Part shown: positions 34,879 to 45,115 of the stretch, in pieces | How positions within the stretch are numbered: the first letter of the stretch is position 1 | Layout of the letters: the number at the start of each line of letters is the position of its first letter | Source: a virus | DNA length: 64,000 nucleotides | Virus record (IMG/VR): IMGVR_UViG_3300027785_002095 | Strand: one strand, 5' to 3' | Notes under the pieces: model-generated | Database searches by the model: none | The model's input: the letters and a program-made list of their open reading frames with translations, nothing else | Told to the model about the DNA's origin: nothing | Made by a program: the position numbers and the translations under genes

Positions 34879-35694
34879 ATGTTTTTAACCGATATCACTC
34901 CACGAGTCACTGTATATGAATCCCTGCGTCAAGTAAACGGACGTTGGGCCCGTGTCAATACGGAAACAAATACAGTCGTGGAGTTTTATCATGGTGACAA
35001 TACCATTATCGTCGAAGGCGGTAATGTTTTCAAGAGTGCAGAAGGCGAAGAACTAACACAGCGCATCAATCAAGCTGATGTAGAACCAACTATCCGCTTT
35101 CTTGAAAAGATTACAGGAATCCCGCATTTTGAACATGCGCTAGGTACTACTGGCAAGACTCCCACAAGCGGCGACTTGGATATTGGTATGCCAGCAGGCG
35201 TTACCAAAGAAGAATTGGTTGCCAAGCTAAGCCAATGGACATCACAACACGGTGAAGATTCAAAAGCATTCATTCGAAAGTCTGGCATCAGTGTACATTT
35301 TAAAACACCAATTGGTGGCAGTCCTGAACGTGGTTATGTACAAACTGACTTTATGTTTGTGCCCAATTTGGAGTTTGCAAAGTTTGCAATGGCTGCTGAT
35401 CCGCACAGCAAGTACCGCGGCGCCCACAAACAAATTCTACTAAGTAGCATTGCTAAAGTACTAGGCTTCACTTGGAATCCAACTACTGGCTTAATTGATC
35501 GTGCGACTAAGAAGTTAGTTGACAACGGTGACGATCCAGATCATATTGCCAAGTTATTGTTTGGAGCAGGTGCGGATCGTACCAGTTTAACCAGTGTAGA
35601 AGCTGTACTTGCAGCACTAGAAAATAATCCCGAACGCGAAGCGTTGTTAGCAGATGCCAGAGAAACACTAGGTCGCGATGGAGTTGAGATTTAA
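34879..35694 (+). CDS. hypothetical protein
   Basis: 271 aa. Confidence 0.5.
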   Translation: MFLTDITPRVTVYESLRQVNGRWARVNTETNTVVEFYHGDNTIIVEGGNVFKSAEGEELTQRINQADVEPTIRFLEKITGIPHFEHALGTTGKTPTSGDLDIGMPAGVTKEELVAKLSQWTSQHGEDSKAFIRKSGISVHFKTPIGGSPERGYVQTDFMFVPNLEFAKFAMAADPHSKYRGAHKQILLSSIAKVLGFTWNPTTGLIDRATKKLVDNGDDPDHIAKLLFGAGADRTSLTSVEAVLAALENNPEREALLADARETLGRDGVEI

Positions 35695-35695
35695 A

Positions 35696-37201
35696 ATGTT
35701 ATTACGTCATATATTTGAAACTAGAATTGAAGTGTTAATTGAGGGTCGTGGTTTAGCGGCTCGAGTTCCTGGTGAGCAATTTAAGAATCCGCAAGGCGAT
35801 GTAATTACATTCCAAAGTTTGGACTTCTTTCCGGAGCGCGGCCAATTTGCTTCTGCTGAAGAAATGCAAGCAGAGATTGCTGCACAAGGTAAGGGTAAAA
35901 ATATTCATTGGAGCAACAATACCAATTCTGGTATGTTGGCCTTTGCCATTGCTACATTCACTGACGAGAACAAGAAAGCGTATTACCTAGGACGCTATTA
36001 CAGAACAATCAGTCCTAATCGTGTACAAAACGATTGGCAACATAAAGACATTCCCGGCGGCTTTAAGTACCAAAGCAAAGCAGGACAAAAAGAAAATACA
36101 GGCTATAAGCCCAGCGAAGTATTAACACAGTTCAAAGACAACACAGTTGATTCTATCTCTAGACAAATTATTACCAAGTTTGGCCAAGGAAGCGATGAAG
36201 TTGTTGCTTTGAACGCATTTTTAAAAGCCAGCAAATTTCCTATTACATTCCCCAAGGGAAACATAAACATGACAGCGTTTCGCGACTACTTCTGCGAAAT
36301 GCTACAGCCAATGGCATTGCTAATGGACAAGCCAATCAAAGGTAATGCCGGGGAAGCTGCTGACATCTTCTTTGGCAGCGGGGGCTACAAAGGTAGCACT
36401 ATCAGTTTCAATAATAGCGTAACAGGTGGCTTATATGACAGCTTGTTGGTTAGCCCCGAAGGTAAGCAAATTAAGTTGTCAAGCAAGGGTGCAAGCGGTG
36501 CAAGTGCAAGTGTTGTTAACTTGCTAAAGAGTATTAACGAATTAAAGGTTGCTCCCAAAGGCGCAGTATTGCTTGAAAAGCACAAAGTAGTCGTTGAGAT
36601 TCTAAAGGACATTGATGCTAAAGGCCACTTTGGTGCTCCGTTAAAACTAGCAGTAGACTACAAAATGATCAGTCCCGATGATGCTACATTTGCAATGACA
36701 TTAAAGAAGTATGGTCCCGATGATCAAATTGATTGGGCCGGCCACACTGCATTAGAAACATTGTACAATGGACGCAAGGCACGTGATATGCGTGTTATTA
36801 TTCCAATGGAACACATGATCAGTGCTATTGCTTATAAAGTTGCTGCTCACGTTAATGCCAATACAAACTTTGGCAATGCTGCGTCTGACATTTTAAACCA
36901 CAGTGCATTGGTGCAGATGTACACAAATACATCCGAAACCAAGGACACAATCAGCATTGACAACTTCAATGCGGTATACCCAAGCGAAACTGTTACAGGC
37001 GTTTTACTTGATGCTAGTAAAGCATATATGAGTACGCAGGGTAAGGGCAACTTTACCTTCAAGATTCTCAAGAATGGTGCCAAAGAAGCCGATATAGCAG
37101 ATGACGGTGATGCTACTGTTGCAGTACCGCAGCCTAAGAAAATTGTGCCTAAGGACAAGTCTGCAATGACTGTTACTAGCACCAATCGAGAGTTGAAGTA
37201 A
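35696..37201 (+). CDS. hypothetical protein with MLLRHIFETR leader
   Basis: ATG 1 nt after upstream stop (track ORF begins at 35678). Confidence 0.5.
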   Translation: MLLRHIFETRIEVLIEGRGLAARVPGEQFKNPQGDVITFQSLDFFPERGQFASAEEMQAEIAAQGKGKNIHWSNNTNSGMLAFAIATFTDENKKAYYLGRYYRTISPNRVQNDWQHKDIPGGFKYQSKAGQKENTGYKPSEVLTQFKDNTVDSISRQIITKFGQGSDEVVALNAFLKASKFPITFPKGNINMTAFRDYFCEMLQPMALLMDKPIKGNAGEAADIFFGSGGYKGSTISFNNSVTGGLYDSLLVSPEGKQIKLSSKGASGASASVVNLLKSINELKVAPKGAVLLEKHKVVVEILKDIDAKGHFGAPLKLAVDYKMISPDDATFAMTLKKYGPDDQIDWAGHTALETLYNGRKARDMRVIIPMEHMISAIAYKVAAHVNANTNFGNAASDILNHSALVQMYTNTSETKDTISIDNFNAVYPSETVTGVLLDASKAYMSTQGKGNFTFKILKNGAKEADIADDGDATVAVPQPKKIVPKDKSAMTVTSTNRELK

Positions 37202-37264
37202 CCAAAATCAGTGAATTCCATAAATAGTAGTTGAGTATGACTCTACTTTTGTATATGGACATTC

Positions 37265-37750
37265 ATGAAAAAACTTCTATTACTACTATTAATCCCAATT
37301 TGTGGCTATGCTGCCGAGTTGCAACATGGATTCAATAGCCCGTCGTTTTCCGGAATTGGTTACAGTACTCACATATTAACTATTAAACAGTTAGAAGACC
37401 AAGGCAAGCAAAATAACAAAAATGTAGCAGATTCATTGAAGGCGCAGGCCGAGCGTGATGCTGCTACAAATCCACAGGCACAGTTCGTTGCCAATCTACA
37501 AGCCCGCATATACTCGCAATTAGCAAAACAATTAACTGATAGCTTATTTGGAACAGCTGGTACTCCAGCTTGCACCAGTGCAACTGCTGGCGCAGTGTGC
37601 GGAGAGATTCCTGATATTGCTGGCAATAACATTACTTGGAAACTTGGCGTAGGTGCAGACACTGGTATGATTGTAATCACTATCCAGAATCTAACCGATA
37701 GTTCTCAGGTTACTATTATGAAGGTACCAAGCGGTACGTTTGCATTTTAA
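37265..37750 (+). CDS. csgF: CsgF-like curli assembly protein
   Basis: signal peptide MKKLLLLLLIPICGYA; mature AELQHGFNSPSFSGIGYS vs E. coli CsgF GTMTFQFRNPNFGGNP; QARIYSQLAKQLTDSLFG vs QAIQSQILGGLLSNI. Confidence 0.6.
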   Translation: MKKLLLLLLIPICGYAAELQHGFNSPSFSGIGYSTHILTIKQLEDQGKQNNKNVADSLKAQAERDAATNPQAQFVANLQARIYSQLAKQLTDSLFGTAGTPACTSATAGAVCGEIPDIAGNNITWKLGVGADTGMIVITIQNLTDSSQVTIMKVPSGTFAF

Positions 37751-38573
37751 TATGATCAAACTTATAGTATCCTTATTAGCAGTGCTTTTAGTAAGCGGGT
37801 GTGCGTCAACATCTATTATTAAAGGAAAACTAACCAATGAACAATTTGATGCTCCTGTGGTAGAACAGAACATATATCTAAAACAACAAAGCGGCGACTT
37901 AGCAGGACCAGCTGGTGGTCCATTAACTGTTGCAGTATATGGCTTCAAAGACCTAACAGGGCAACGTAAAAGTTTAACTAACATTGCAAGTTTAAGTTCG
38001 GCTGTGACACAAGGAGCAGAGAACTTTTTAATTAAGTCGTTGCAGGACGTTGGCAGTGATAAAAAATGGTTCATTGTTGTTGAACGTGTTGGCTTAGAAA
38101 ATTTAATTAAAGAGCGTCAGATGATTCGCCAGATGCGTGAGCAGTATCAGGGTAAAGATGCAAAGTTGTTACCACCAATGATTTTCGCTGGAATCATTAT
38201 GGAAGGCGGTATAATTGGTTATGATTCAAATACACTAACAGGCGGCAATGGATTTCGATTACTGGGCATTGGCGCATCAACTCAATACCAAAGTGATACT
38301 GTTACAATAGTTCTTAGAACAGTGAGTGTAAGTACCGGCGAAGTGTTAACGTCGGTTACAATTACAAAAACAGTATTAAGCTATATGGACAAACTGGGAG
38401 TATTAAAGTTTGTCAACGTAGGAACCGAGGCAGTCGAAGCAGAAGTCGGAACCAGTGTAAATGAAAGTATCAATAAAGCAGTGTCTGTTGCTATTCAAGC
38501 CGCTGTTGTAGATACTATTAAAGAAGGCGCTCGTAAAGGGCATTGGGGATTCGCAAAAGAATCAATAAAGTAA
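37740..38573 (+). CDS. csgG: CsgG curli secretion channel lipoprotein
   Basis: lipobox LLVSGC; LTVAVYGFKDLTGQRK, KWFIVVERVGLENLIKERQMIRQMREQ, IIMEGGIIGYDSNTLTGGNGFRLLGIGASTQYQSDTVTIVLRTVSVSTGEVLTSVTITKTVLSY are colinear with E. coli CsgG. Confidence 0.85.
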   Translation: MHFNMIKLIVSLLAVLLVSGCASTSIIKGKLTNEQFDAPVVEQNIYLKQQSGDLAGPAGGPLTVAVYGFKDLTGQRKSLTNIASLSSAVTQGAENFLIKSLQDVGSDKKWFIVVERVGLENLIKERQMIRQMREQYQGKDAKLLPPMIFAGIIMEGGIIGYDSNTLTGGNGFRLLGIGASTQYQSDTVTIVLRTVSVSTGEVLTSVTITKTVLSYMDKLGVLKFVNVGTEAVEAEVGTSVNESINKAVSVAIQAAVVDTIKEGARKGHWGFAKESIK

Positions 38574-38678
38574 GATCTTGTGCATAGATCTTGCTTGTAT
38601 GTTATATACTCTGGCGATTCAGAGTCTAAGGGCATAGCCCAGAGGAGCGTGAAATTTAACATTTCGCGAACTTATATT

Positions 38679-39422
38679 ATGTTTGAAAGAATTAAACTAC
38701 ACAGATACATTGCAGTATGTGCCGTTGCTTTTTATGGCAGCATGGCACTGGCACAAGTAACAACGCCCACTGGCGCAAATAGTGTTTACATTGAGCAAAT
38801 TGGTAACAGCAACAATATTTTAATTGAGCAAGTTGGCAATGCAAACAACATTGGCGGAACAGCAAATGCTACACCCAGCAGTTCCAACTATGGCACAATC
38901 ACTGGCAACACCAACACACTTACATTACGTCAAACTGGCGACGGCAATTTGAGTCAGTACAATATCAAAGGCACAGACAACATTTATTCATTGGTTATGA
39001 CCGGCAGTGGAAACAAGACAAAGTTAGATGCTGGCGATGCTAATACAAACAATCTGCGCAATTCAATAACCGAAACCATCATTGGTGATACTAACACTGT
39101 TACACAAACATTAGTGGGTAATGATATTACAAGTACATTGGCAATTACAGGAAATACAAACATTGTTAATAAAGAGATAAAGAGCAGCAATGCATCAAGT
39201 ACTGTGACAATTATGGGTGGAAACAATACACTTGACATTCAACAAGTGGACATTTCAGGCGCACGTGGACATTTGTTAACTCAAACAGTTGCTGGAGACT
39301 TTAATACTATTACTACTCAACAGCAAGGTACAATCGACACCACTGTTAATATTTCCACTGCTGGCAATTCAAATCAAATTGTTGTTAGAACAAGTAGCTC
39401 GGCTATCGTCAATCCTCGTTAA
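38679..39422 (+). CDS. secreted curlin-repeat protein (CsgA/CsgB-like)
   Basis: signal peptide MFERIKLHRYIAVCAVAFYGSMALAQV; about 9 imperfect repeats N-x-x-x-I-x-Q-x-G-N (NSVYIEQIGNSNN, ILIEQVGNANN, NTLTLRQTGDGN, NIYSLVMTGSGN, NTVTQTLVGNDI, NTLDIQQVDISG...); track ORF starts upstream at 38580. Confidence 0.6.
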   Translation: MFERIKLHRYIAVCAVAFYGSMALAQVTTPTGANSVYIEQIGNSNNILIEQVGNANNIGGTANATPSSSNYGTITGNTNTLTLRQTGDGNLSQYNIKGTDNIYSLVMTGSGNKTKLDAGDANTNNLRNSITETIIGDTNTVTQTLVGNDITSTLAITGNTNIVNKEIKSSNASSTVTIMGGNNTLDIQQVDISGARGHLLTQTVAGDFNTITTQQQGTIDTTVNISTAGNSNQIVVRTSSSAIVNPR

Positions 39423-39427
39423 GTATT

Positions 39428-40534
39428 ATGAAGCTACTGCTAATTGCATTGTTGCTTATTAGTCACAGTCCACTTCATGCAGGGCCTGCTATTGGTGCAG
39501 TGTCAGAAAATAAAGGAACCAGCTGTGAAATCGAGCGCGGCTCATCTAAATTATCTGGACTTAAAGGTGCCGCAGTTGAAAGCATGGACACATATCGCAC
39601 TGGCGGGTGTGTTAGCGATATTGTATTCAAAGATGATACCAAGGTTAAGATAACAGAAAATAGTCGCTTGGTAATCGACGACTTTGTGTACGATCCAAAG
39701 AAGGGTGATGCGGGCAAGTTGGTAATGCGAGTAGGCATGGGCACTGTTCGTTATGCGTCGGGACAAATTGCCAAACAAAATCCACAACAAGTTTCCATTA
39801 AGACGCCCACTGCAAATATTGCAGTTCGCGGCACAGACTTTACAATGACAGTTGACGAGACTGGTCGTAGCCTTGTGGTGCTGCTACCAAGTTGCAAAGA
39901 TCAAATTGATGTTAAGACATATGAGCTTGAGGAGAATCGTTGTAGAGTTGGCGAGATACTTGTTTCAACTGGGGCAGGCGATGTACTATTGTCACATCCG
40001 TTCCAGGCCACATACGTTATAAGCAATTCTGTAGCGCCATCTACTGCATTTATTATGCAGACTGTTGAAAGTAAACTAAACAATAATTTAATACTTGCAC
40101 AGCCCAAAGAAGTTGGCCGAGTACTTCGTGACGTGTCGGGTAAGACTAAACGTGACGAAGAATTGGAAGCATTAGAAACAGAGGCTGCCCGTCGATTAGC
40201 ACAGGCAGTATCAGACAAGCGAGAAGATCTTGAACACGCACGAATTTTAATATTAGAAGATATGGCAGTAAAAGCTGGTTGCAATTCAGCAACTAGCGTG
40301 TGTGTCAGTTGGGATAATCCGTCTGAATCAGCAATACAAAATCGTGGCAAAGGTATAGCATTCCGTAATACTGAAAATACGCACTATGCCGAAGTTAAAA
40401 CACAAGGCTATGCATCAAACACCACGGTTGCAATTAGCCACAACGATGTTGCAGCTTCAACTATCATTGGTGACGGCAGTGTTGGCGGGAATGTGATTAG
40501 TATACTTCAAAACGTTGGAGTAGCAAAGAGATAA
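39428..40534 (+). CDS. secreted protein with FecR-like beta-sandwich block
   Basis: signal peptide MKLLLIALLLISHSPLHA; QVSIKTPTANIAVRGTDFTMTVDETG. Confidence 0.5.
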   Translation: MKLLLIALLLISHSPLHAGPAIGAVSENKGTSCEIERGSSKLSGLKGAAVESMDTYRTGGCVSDIVFKDDTKVKITENSRLVIDDFVYDPKKGDAGKLVMRVGMGTVRYASGQIAKQNPQQVSIKTPTANIAVRGTDFTMTVDETGRSLVVLLPSCKDQIDVKTYELEENRCRVGEILVSTGAGDVLLSHPFQATYVISNSVAPSTAFIMQTVESKLNNNLILAQPKEVGRVLRDVSGKTKRDEELEALETEAARRLAQAVSDKREDLEHARILILEDMAVKAGCNSATSVCVSWDNPSESAIQNRGKGIAFRNTENTHYAEVKTQGYASNTTVAISHNDVAASTIIGDGSVGGNVISILQNVGVAKR

Positions 40535-40697
40535 TGGGCGAGCTACATCTGTTACACATGTATCAGGCCTGGCAGCAAGGCAATGATAACTATGCACGTG
40601 ATTGGCAAAGATTTGTCAGTCTGGCCGCAGTATGGAACAATACATCGTCGGACAACCTGCTATGTGAATTGAAAAAGTACAATTGGTTCAAAACATG
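40533..40697 (+). CDS. small coupled ORF (54 aa)
   Basis: TAATGG overlap with upstream stop and ATGA overlap with the downstream start. Confidence 0.25.
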
Positions 40698-41627
40698 AAA
40701 CTTTTATTTTGTTGGATACTGATGTTTGTTACATCATTGAGCACCGCAGCTACAGTGTCACAGGCAATGAATGTAAGCAGCCAGGGCAGCGACTACATAT
40801 TTGTTTATCGTGGTAATAACCCAACCGAATTTGATGCGCTGATAGCATATAATCCAGTTGGATGGACTGCTACATGTAGCTCAGGGCAGGCATGCACAGG
40901 ACAAACAGCTACAATTATTAGTTGGGCAAGACCGGATCCAGATTACTTGTTTTTATACACAAAGAACAGCGACGGCACTGCATATATTCCCTCTTCTGGT
41001 GCATATTATTCATTCTCAAGTCCACCTGCTGCATGTTGCAGTGCTGGATCACCATCTGTCTTTGTGCCAAACAGCTATAATACAACTCGACTACAAACAT
41101 ATAATAGTAGGCCCATTGACCAGCGTAATGCGCAGATATACATTGAACAAATTGGATCAAATAATATCACTACAATTGAGCAGACCGGGACTAAAGATAA
41201 CCATGCAGAGTACGCCAGCAATGGTAATAACAATACTGTAAACATTTTACAAACAGGCGATGCTACTACCTCAAACTACACAGATCTTGGAATAATTGGC
41301 AATGCCAATACAGTGTCAATTACGCAACAAAGCACGGGCGGAATCAAAGGTGCGTTTGTAAAAATAAATGACAACAACAATAGCTTATTATTATCACAAA
41401 AAGATAGCGGTAGCCATTATGCAGAAGTAACACTAAGCGGCAGCAACAAGAATGTAGATATTTTACAGCAAGGTTCTGCAGGCCATGTGGCAAGTGTAGG
41501 CCTAACTGGAAATCCAACTGATTTAAGTTTAACACAATCTGGCTCAACACAGCACTTCTACAGCATACAATTCAATTGTGCCACAGCAGGTGGTTGCGCT
41601 AAGATTACAGTCCAACAAGGACAGTAA
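40683..41627 (+). CDS. secreted curlin-repeat protein 2
   Basis: signal peptide MKLLFCWILMFVTSLSTAATVSQA; repeats NAQIYIEQIGSNN, ITTIEQTGTKDN, NTVNILQTGDAT, NTVSITQQSTGG, VDILQQGSAG, LSLTQSGSTQ; likely ATG at ~40695. Confidence 0.6.
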   Translation: MVQNMKLLFCWILMFVTSLSTAATVSQAMNVSSQGSDYIFVYRGNNPTEFDALIAYNPVGWTATCSSGQACTGQTATIISWARPDPDYLFLYTKNSDGTAYIPSSGAYYSFSSPPAACCSAGSPSVFVPNSYNTTRLQTYNSRPIDQRNAQIYIEQIGSNNITTIEQTGTKDNHAEYASNGNNNTVNILQTGDATTSNYTDLGIIGNANTVSITQQSTGGIKGAFVKINDNNNSLLLSQKDSGSHYAEVTLSGSNKNVDILQQGSAGHVASVGLTGNPTDLSLTQSGSTQHFYSIQFNCATAGGCAKITVQQGQ

Positions 41628-41643
41628 GCTAAATATCTATACT

Positions 41644-43638
41644 ATGAAACTACGAGATTCCAACCCACAAAATAATAGATTAGCTGAACAACAGCTAGAC
41701 GAAATCAACATGAGCCCGTCAAGTCTAAAGCAATTGGCCAGCAAGATCAATGCTCGAGCAGGTATGGAATTTGAAATGATTGTACCTGGTGCTCAAAGTG
41801 ATGATGATGATGACGACTGGGAAGCTGATTACGATAACGATGAACGTACACGTAGCTTTTCAGACATTGAAGAATTCTTCAATGATGGCGACTACAACAG
41901 CCGTGATCAAGTTCAACGCTTGATTGAAAAATTACAAGAACGCTATTACGAGTGGGAAAGCGAAAAGATTGACGAAGACTGGAGCAAAGACGGGGAAGAT
42001 TACTTACGTGATTGGATCAACAATAACGAGTGGGTAGAAGAAGATAAAATCCGCGAACATTTAGAATCACAAGGGTTAGATGAAGAAGCTGTGGATGCTG
42101 CAATGGCTGCTGGTAATAGTGCGCCGCGTTACACCAAATTGGATGCACAACAGGCTGCTCGTGAAGCAGACGAAAATTACAATCACTACATGGAAGCAAA
42201 GAGTGCTACTGATGATGAATTTGAAGAATTAGTCACAACTGAATGGGAAAGCAACGGCAGCATGTACGACTCTGCGTTAGACGAGTACCGTGAAGAAAAT
42301 CAAGGTACCGCAGATGAAGGTGACTTCTTAGAAGATGCCAGGTACCGCTACATGAGTGATATTTCGGGAGAGTTTGATATACAATGGCCATACTACACTA
42401 ACTCCGGGGCCAGTGGCGAAGTCAACGCAGAATCTGTTGCTGAAGATTTTGCCAAAGCAATTGGACGAGAAGTCAAATCCAGCGGCTCTTATCACTCGGG
42501 CAGTGTGGCTCGTCCTGATGCCAGTAACTCGCACTATGTTGTTGAGCCTGACGGTAGCTTAACCGCAGACGACAGCGCAGATGGCGGTTTAGAGTTTGTT
42601 AGCCCAGCATTGCCTATCGCCGAATTGTTGTCTGATCTAGACAAAGTTGCCAAGTGGGCTGGCATGTATGGCGCTTACACCAACAAGTCAACTGGCTTGC
42701 ACATTAACGTCAGCGTTGAAGGTTGGTCCGGCGACATGGGCAAGTTAGATTATGTCAAATTAGCATTGCTGATGGGTGACAATTACATTTTAGAAAAGTT
42801 TGGTCGTGCTGGTAATACCTATTGCAAAAGTGCAATGAACGAAGTTAAAAATCGTGTGAGTCAACGCCCCGAAGATGCAGAAGTATTGCTGGGGAAAATG
42901 AAGACAGGTTTAGATTCACTTGCAAGCAAAGCAATTCACTCGGGTGCTACTCAAAAGTTCACCAGTATTAACACAAAGGACGGCTACATTGAGTTTCGTA
43001 GTCCCGGTGGTGATTGGTTAGGAGAATATGCAAGCGACCCAGGTACAATCACAAACACCCTGCTACGTTTCGTTGTAGCACTAGATGCTGCTGTAGATCC
43101 AGAAAAGTACAAACAAGAATATTTGAAAAAGTTGTATGCAATTCTACAACCTAAAACTCATAATGATACCATGGCTTACTTTGCACAGTATGCCGCGGGA
43201 CAAATGCCCAAGGCAGCACTAAAGAGTTTCATTCGTCAAGCACAGTTAGAGCGTCAAGGTAAAAAACCTGAGGTGCCGCAGCAAGAACCAAATTGGTATA
43301 TCAAGAATCGTGACACCAATGAGATTGTTAAGAACTACTATGCTGCCAGTTCTGAAGAAGCGTTTAAATACCTAGAAGACTTTAAAGCACAGAACCCAGG
43401 TGATTACATGTACGGTAAGATTTCTGCTCCTGCAGCAACTGCAACGACGGGTGCGCCAACTGGCAGTGGCGAGTGGACTGGACAATGGCTAATTAAAGAC
43501 GGCAGTGATAGAGTGCTACATACTTTTGGCGGTATTGGCAATAGTCAAAGTGATGCAAACCGTATTGCAATTCAATGGCTAACTAGAAACGGATATGGAC
43601 ACGGCACCGAAGTATCAGTTGTTCCAGAGATGAGATAA
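41644..43638 (+). CDS. large acidic protein (DDDDDDWEADYDNDE) with MKLRDS N-terminus
   Basis: track ORF 41578..43638; probable start at MKLRDSNPQNN. Confidence 0.5.
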   Translation: MKLRDSNPQNNRLAEQQLDEINMSPSSLKQLASKINARAGMEFEMIVPGAQSDDDDDDWEADYDNDERTRSFSDIEEFFNDGDYNSRDQVQRLIEKLQERYYEWESEKIDEDWSKDGEDYLRDWINNNEWVEEDKIREHLESQGLDEEAVDAAMAAGNSAPRYTKLDAQQAAREADENYNHYMEAKSATDDEFEELVTTEWESNGSMYDSALDEYREENQGTADEGDFLEDARYRYMSDISGEFDIQWPYYTNSGASGEVNAESVAEDFAKAIGREVKSSGSYHSGSVARPDASNSHYVVEPDGSLTADDSADGGLEFVSPALPIAELLSDLDKVAKWAGMYGAYTNKSTGLHINVSVEGWSGDMGKLDYVKLALLMGDNYILEKFGRAGNTYCKSAMNEVKNRVSQRPEDAEVLLGKMKTGLDSLASKAIHSGATQKFTSINTKDGYIEFRSPGGDWLGEYASDPGTITNTLLRFVVALDAAVDPEKYKQEYLKKLYAILQPKTHNDTMAYFAQYAAGQMPKAALKSFIRQAQLERQGKKPEVPQQEPNWYIKNRDTNEIVKNYYAASSEEAFKYLEDFKAQNPGDYMYGKISAPAATATTGAPTGSGEWTGQWLIKDGSDRVLHTFGGIGNSQSDANRIAIQWLTRNGYGHGTEVSVVPEMR

Positions 43639-43658
43639 CATTACGTAAGTGGTAAGCT

Positions 43659-44444
43659 ATGCTAATACGTGAATTACTTGAGGCTGACATTAAATTGGGC
43701 AGCAATAATAATGCAGCTCGAGCATGGATTGATAAAGTCTATGCCAAGTACCCGCACACTATGCAAAACAATCACGTTATGGTATGGGGTTCAGGTGACG
43801 ACCAGCAGTTTGCTATGTTTGAACTTGTTCCAAGTTTTAGTAAGCGCGGCGCAGTTGAAGTCAAATGGTTCCAAGCATATCCATTGCGTCAAGGTGTTGG
43901 CTCTAAAGCAATGAAAGAATTGCAAACGATGGCCCGTGAAGATGGTATTGCACTTACGCTATTCCCGTGGGACAAGGGACAAGTTAGCCAAGCCAAGCTA
44001 ACAAAGTTCTATCGAGGACAAGGCTTTAAGCCAACTGTTAAAGGTGGCAAAGCAATGGCATGGGAAACAAGTGTGGCAGAAAGCTCTGGTGTTATGTTTT
44101 CAAAAATAATGGGACACGAAACAAGCGCAGAGGCTGCACAACAAATTCAACAACATGGATTTAAGAAATCACATACTGGTATATTCTTCAATGTAGGAGA
44201 TCAGAATTACTCAGGTGGCGGTTATGGTGGCACAGTAGTAATGGCAAAAGTTTCGGGACCTGCTGATGACATTCTAAATTTAGATGATGACAATGACTTG
44301 CCGGACGAGTTAGATGAGTTTGCGGACGGTGAGGAAATTGCTAACTACGCCCGTAGCGAAGGATATTGGGCCTGGACCGATGGTGTGCAATTTGCTGTAC
44401 TTGACCCAAGTCATATACAAGTTGTTAAGCAAGGTGTGGCGTAA
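43659..44444 (+). CDS. GNAT-like protein with MLIRELLEA leader
   Basis: VKWFQAYPLRQGVGSKAMKELQTMAREDGI resembles GNAT motif A. Confidence 0.5.
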   Translation: MLIRELLEADIKLGSNNNAARAWIDKVYAKYPHTMQNNHVMVWGSGDDQQFAMFELVPSFSKRGAVEVKWFQAYPLRQGVGSKAMKELQTMAREDGIALTLFPWDKGQVSQAKLTKFYRGQGFKPTVKGGKAMAWETSVAESSGVMFSKIMGHETSAEAAQQIQQHGFKKSHTGIFFNVGDQNYSGGGYGGTVVMAKVSGPADDILNLDDDNDLPDELDEFADGEEIANYARSEGYWAWTDGVQFAVLDPSHIQVVKQGVA

Positions 44445-45115
44445 ACTGTAAGTTGCCAATAACGTCATCTTTGAAGATTGGTCCTACTACAGCAGTCGTA
44501 AGTACTGCACAATAATCATGTGTAACAAAAGGTTAGCAGGCCAGTAAATATTCTGCCGGGTAAGCATCTAAGTGTGTGCCGATGCCCAATTCTGTGAGTA
44601 CACCACGGACTCGTATTCACTACCCGTCTTCGTACGGATGCCTTAAAACGGTGCCCCATTGTGGTTTCACGTTTGAATACTAGTATACAGGTTGAGTGCA
44701 GCGCAAGTTGACTTAGTTCCAATGCATCCATAACAACATATGACACCGAAGTTGTTTTAAAAATCGTAATAGGTCGGGTAAGGTACAGAGCCCAGAGATG
44801 CGGAAACCAAAACACCTATTGTCTCAGTGTGGCTGATCGTCTAAGCAAACATCTCATCCGGCATCCTTTACAGGGTGTCGTATGGCCACCCAATCTAGCA
44901 AAACTATTCATCTTAGTTCAAATTTTTCGTGTTAACCAAAACACAATACACAAATAATTAACCCGCAAAATTATGGAACTATTATACTTGCACCGTAAAA
45001 TTTTATGATGCCGCAAAAATATGGTTAACAGATGAACGTACACTATATAGGACTCTAAGGGTAACTACGAGTCGTTCTGGTCCAGACTTATTTGACTTGA
45101 CTTTCAGTCAAAAAT
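44445..45115. other. 670-bp non-coding island: mixed-GC structured core plus AT-rich promoter region with CCGCAAAA(T)TATGG direct repeat
   Basis: only a 99-aa antisense ORF; several short hairpins; CCGCAAAATTATGG and CCGCAAAAATATGG 46 nt apart; CTGGTCCAG palindrome and TTGACT-N17-TAAATT before the ATG at 45131. Confidence 0.35.

Noticed and set aside
44516-44815. 99-aa minus-strand ORF in the 670-bp gap
   Set aside because: No RBS, random-looking composition, isolated on the wrong strand; region treated as non-coding.
44445-45115. Group I or group II intron or tmRNA/RNase P RNA in the non-coding island
   Set aside because: Could not find group I P/Q/R/S cores, a group II domain V hairpin, a tmRNA tag-reading frame, or RNase P conserved blocks; no split host gene flanks it.
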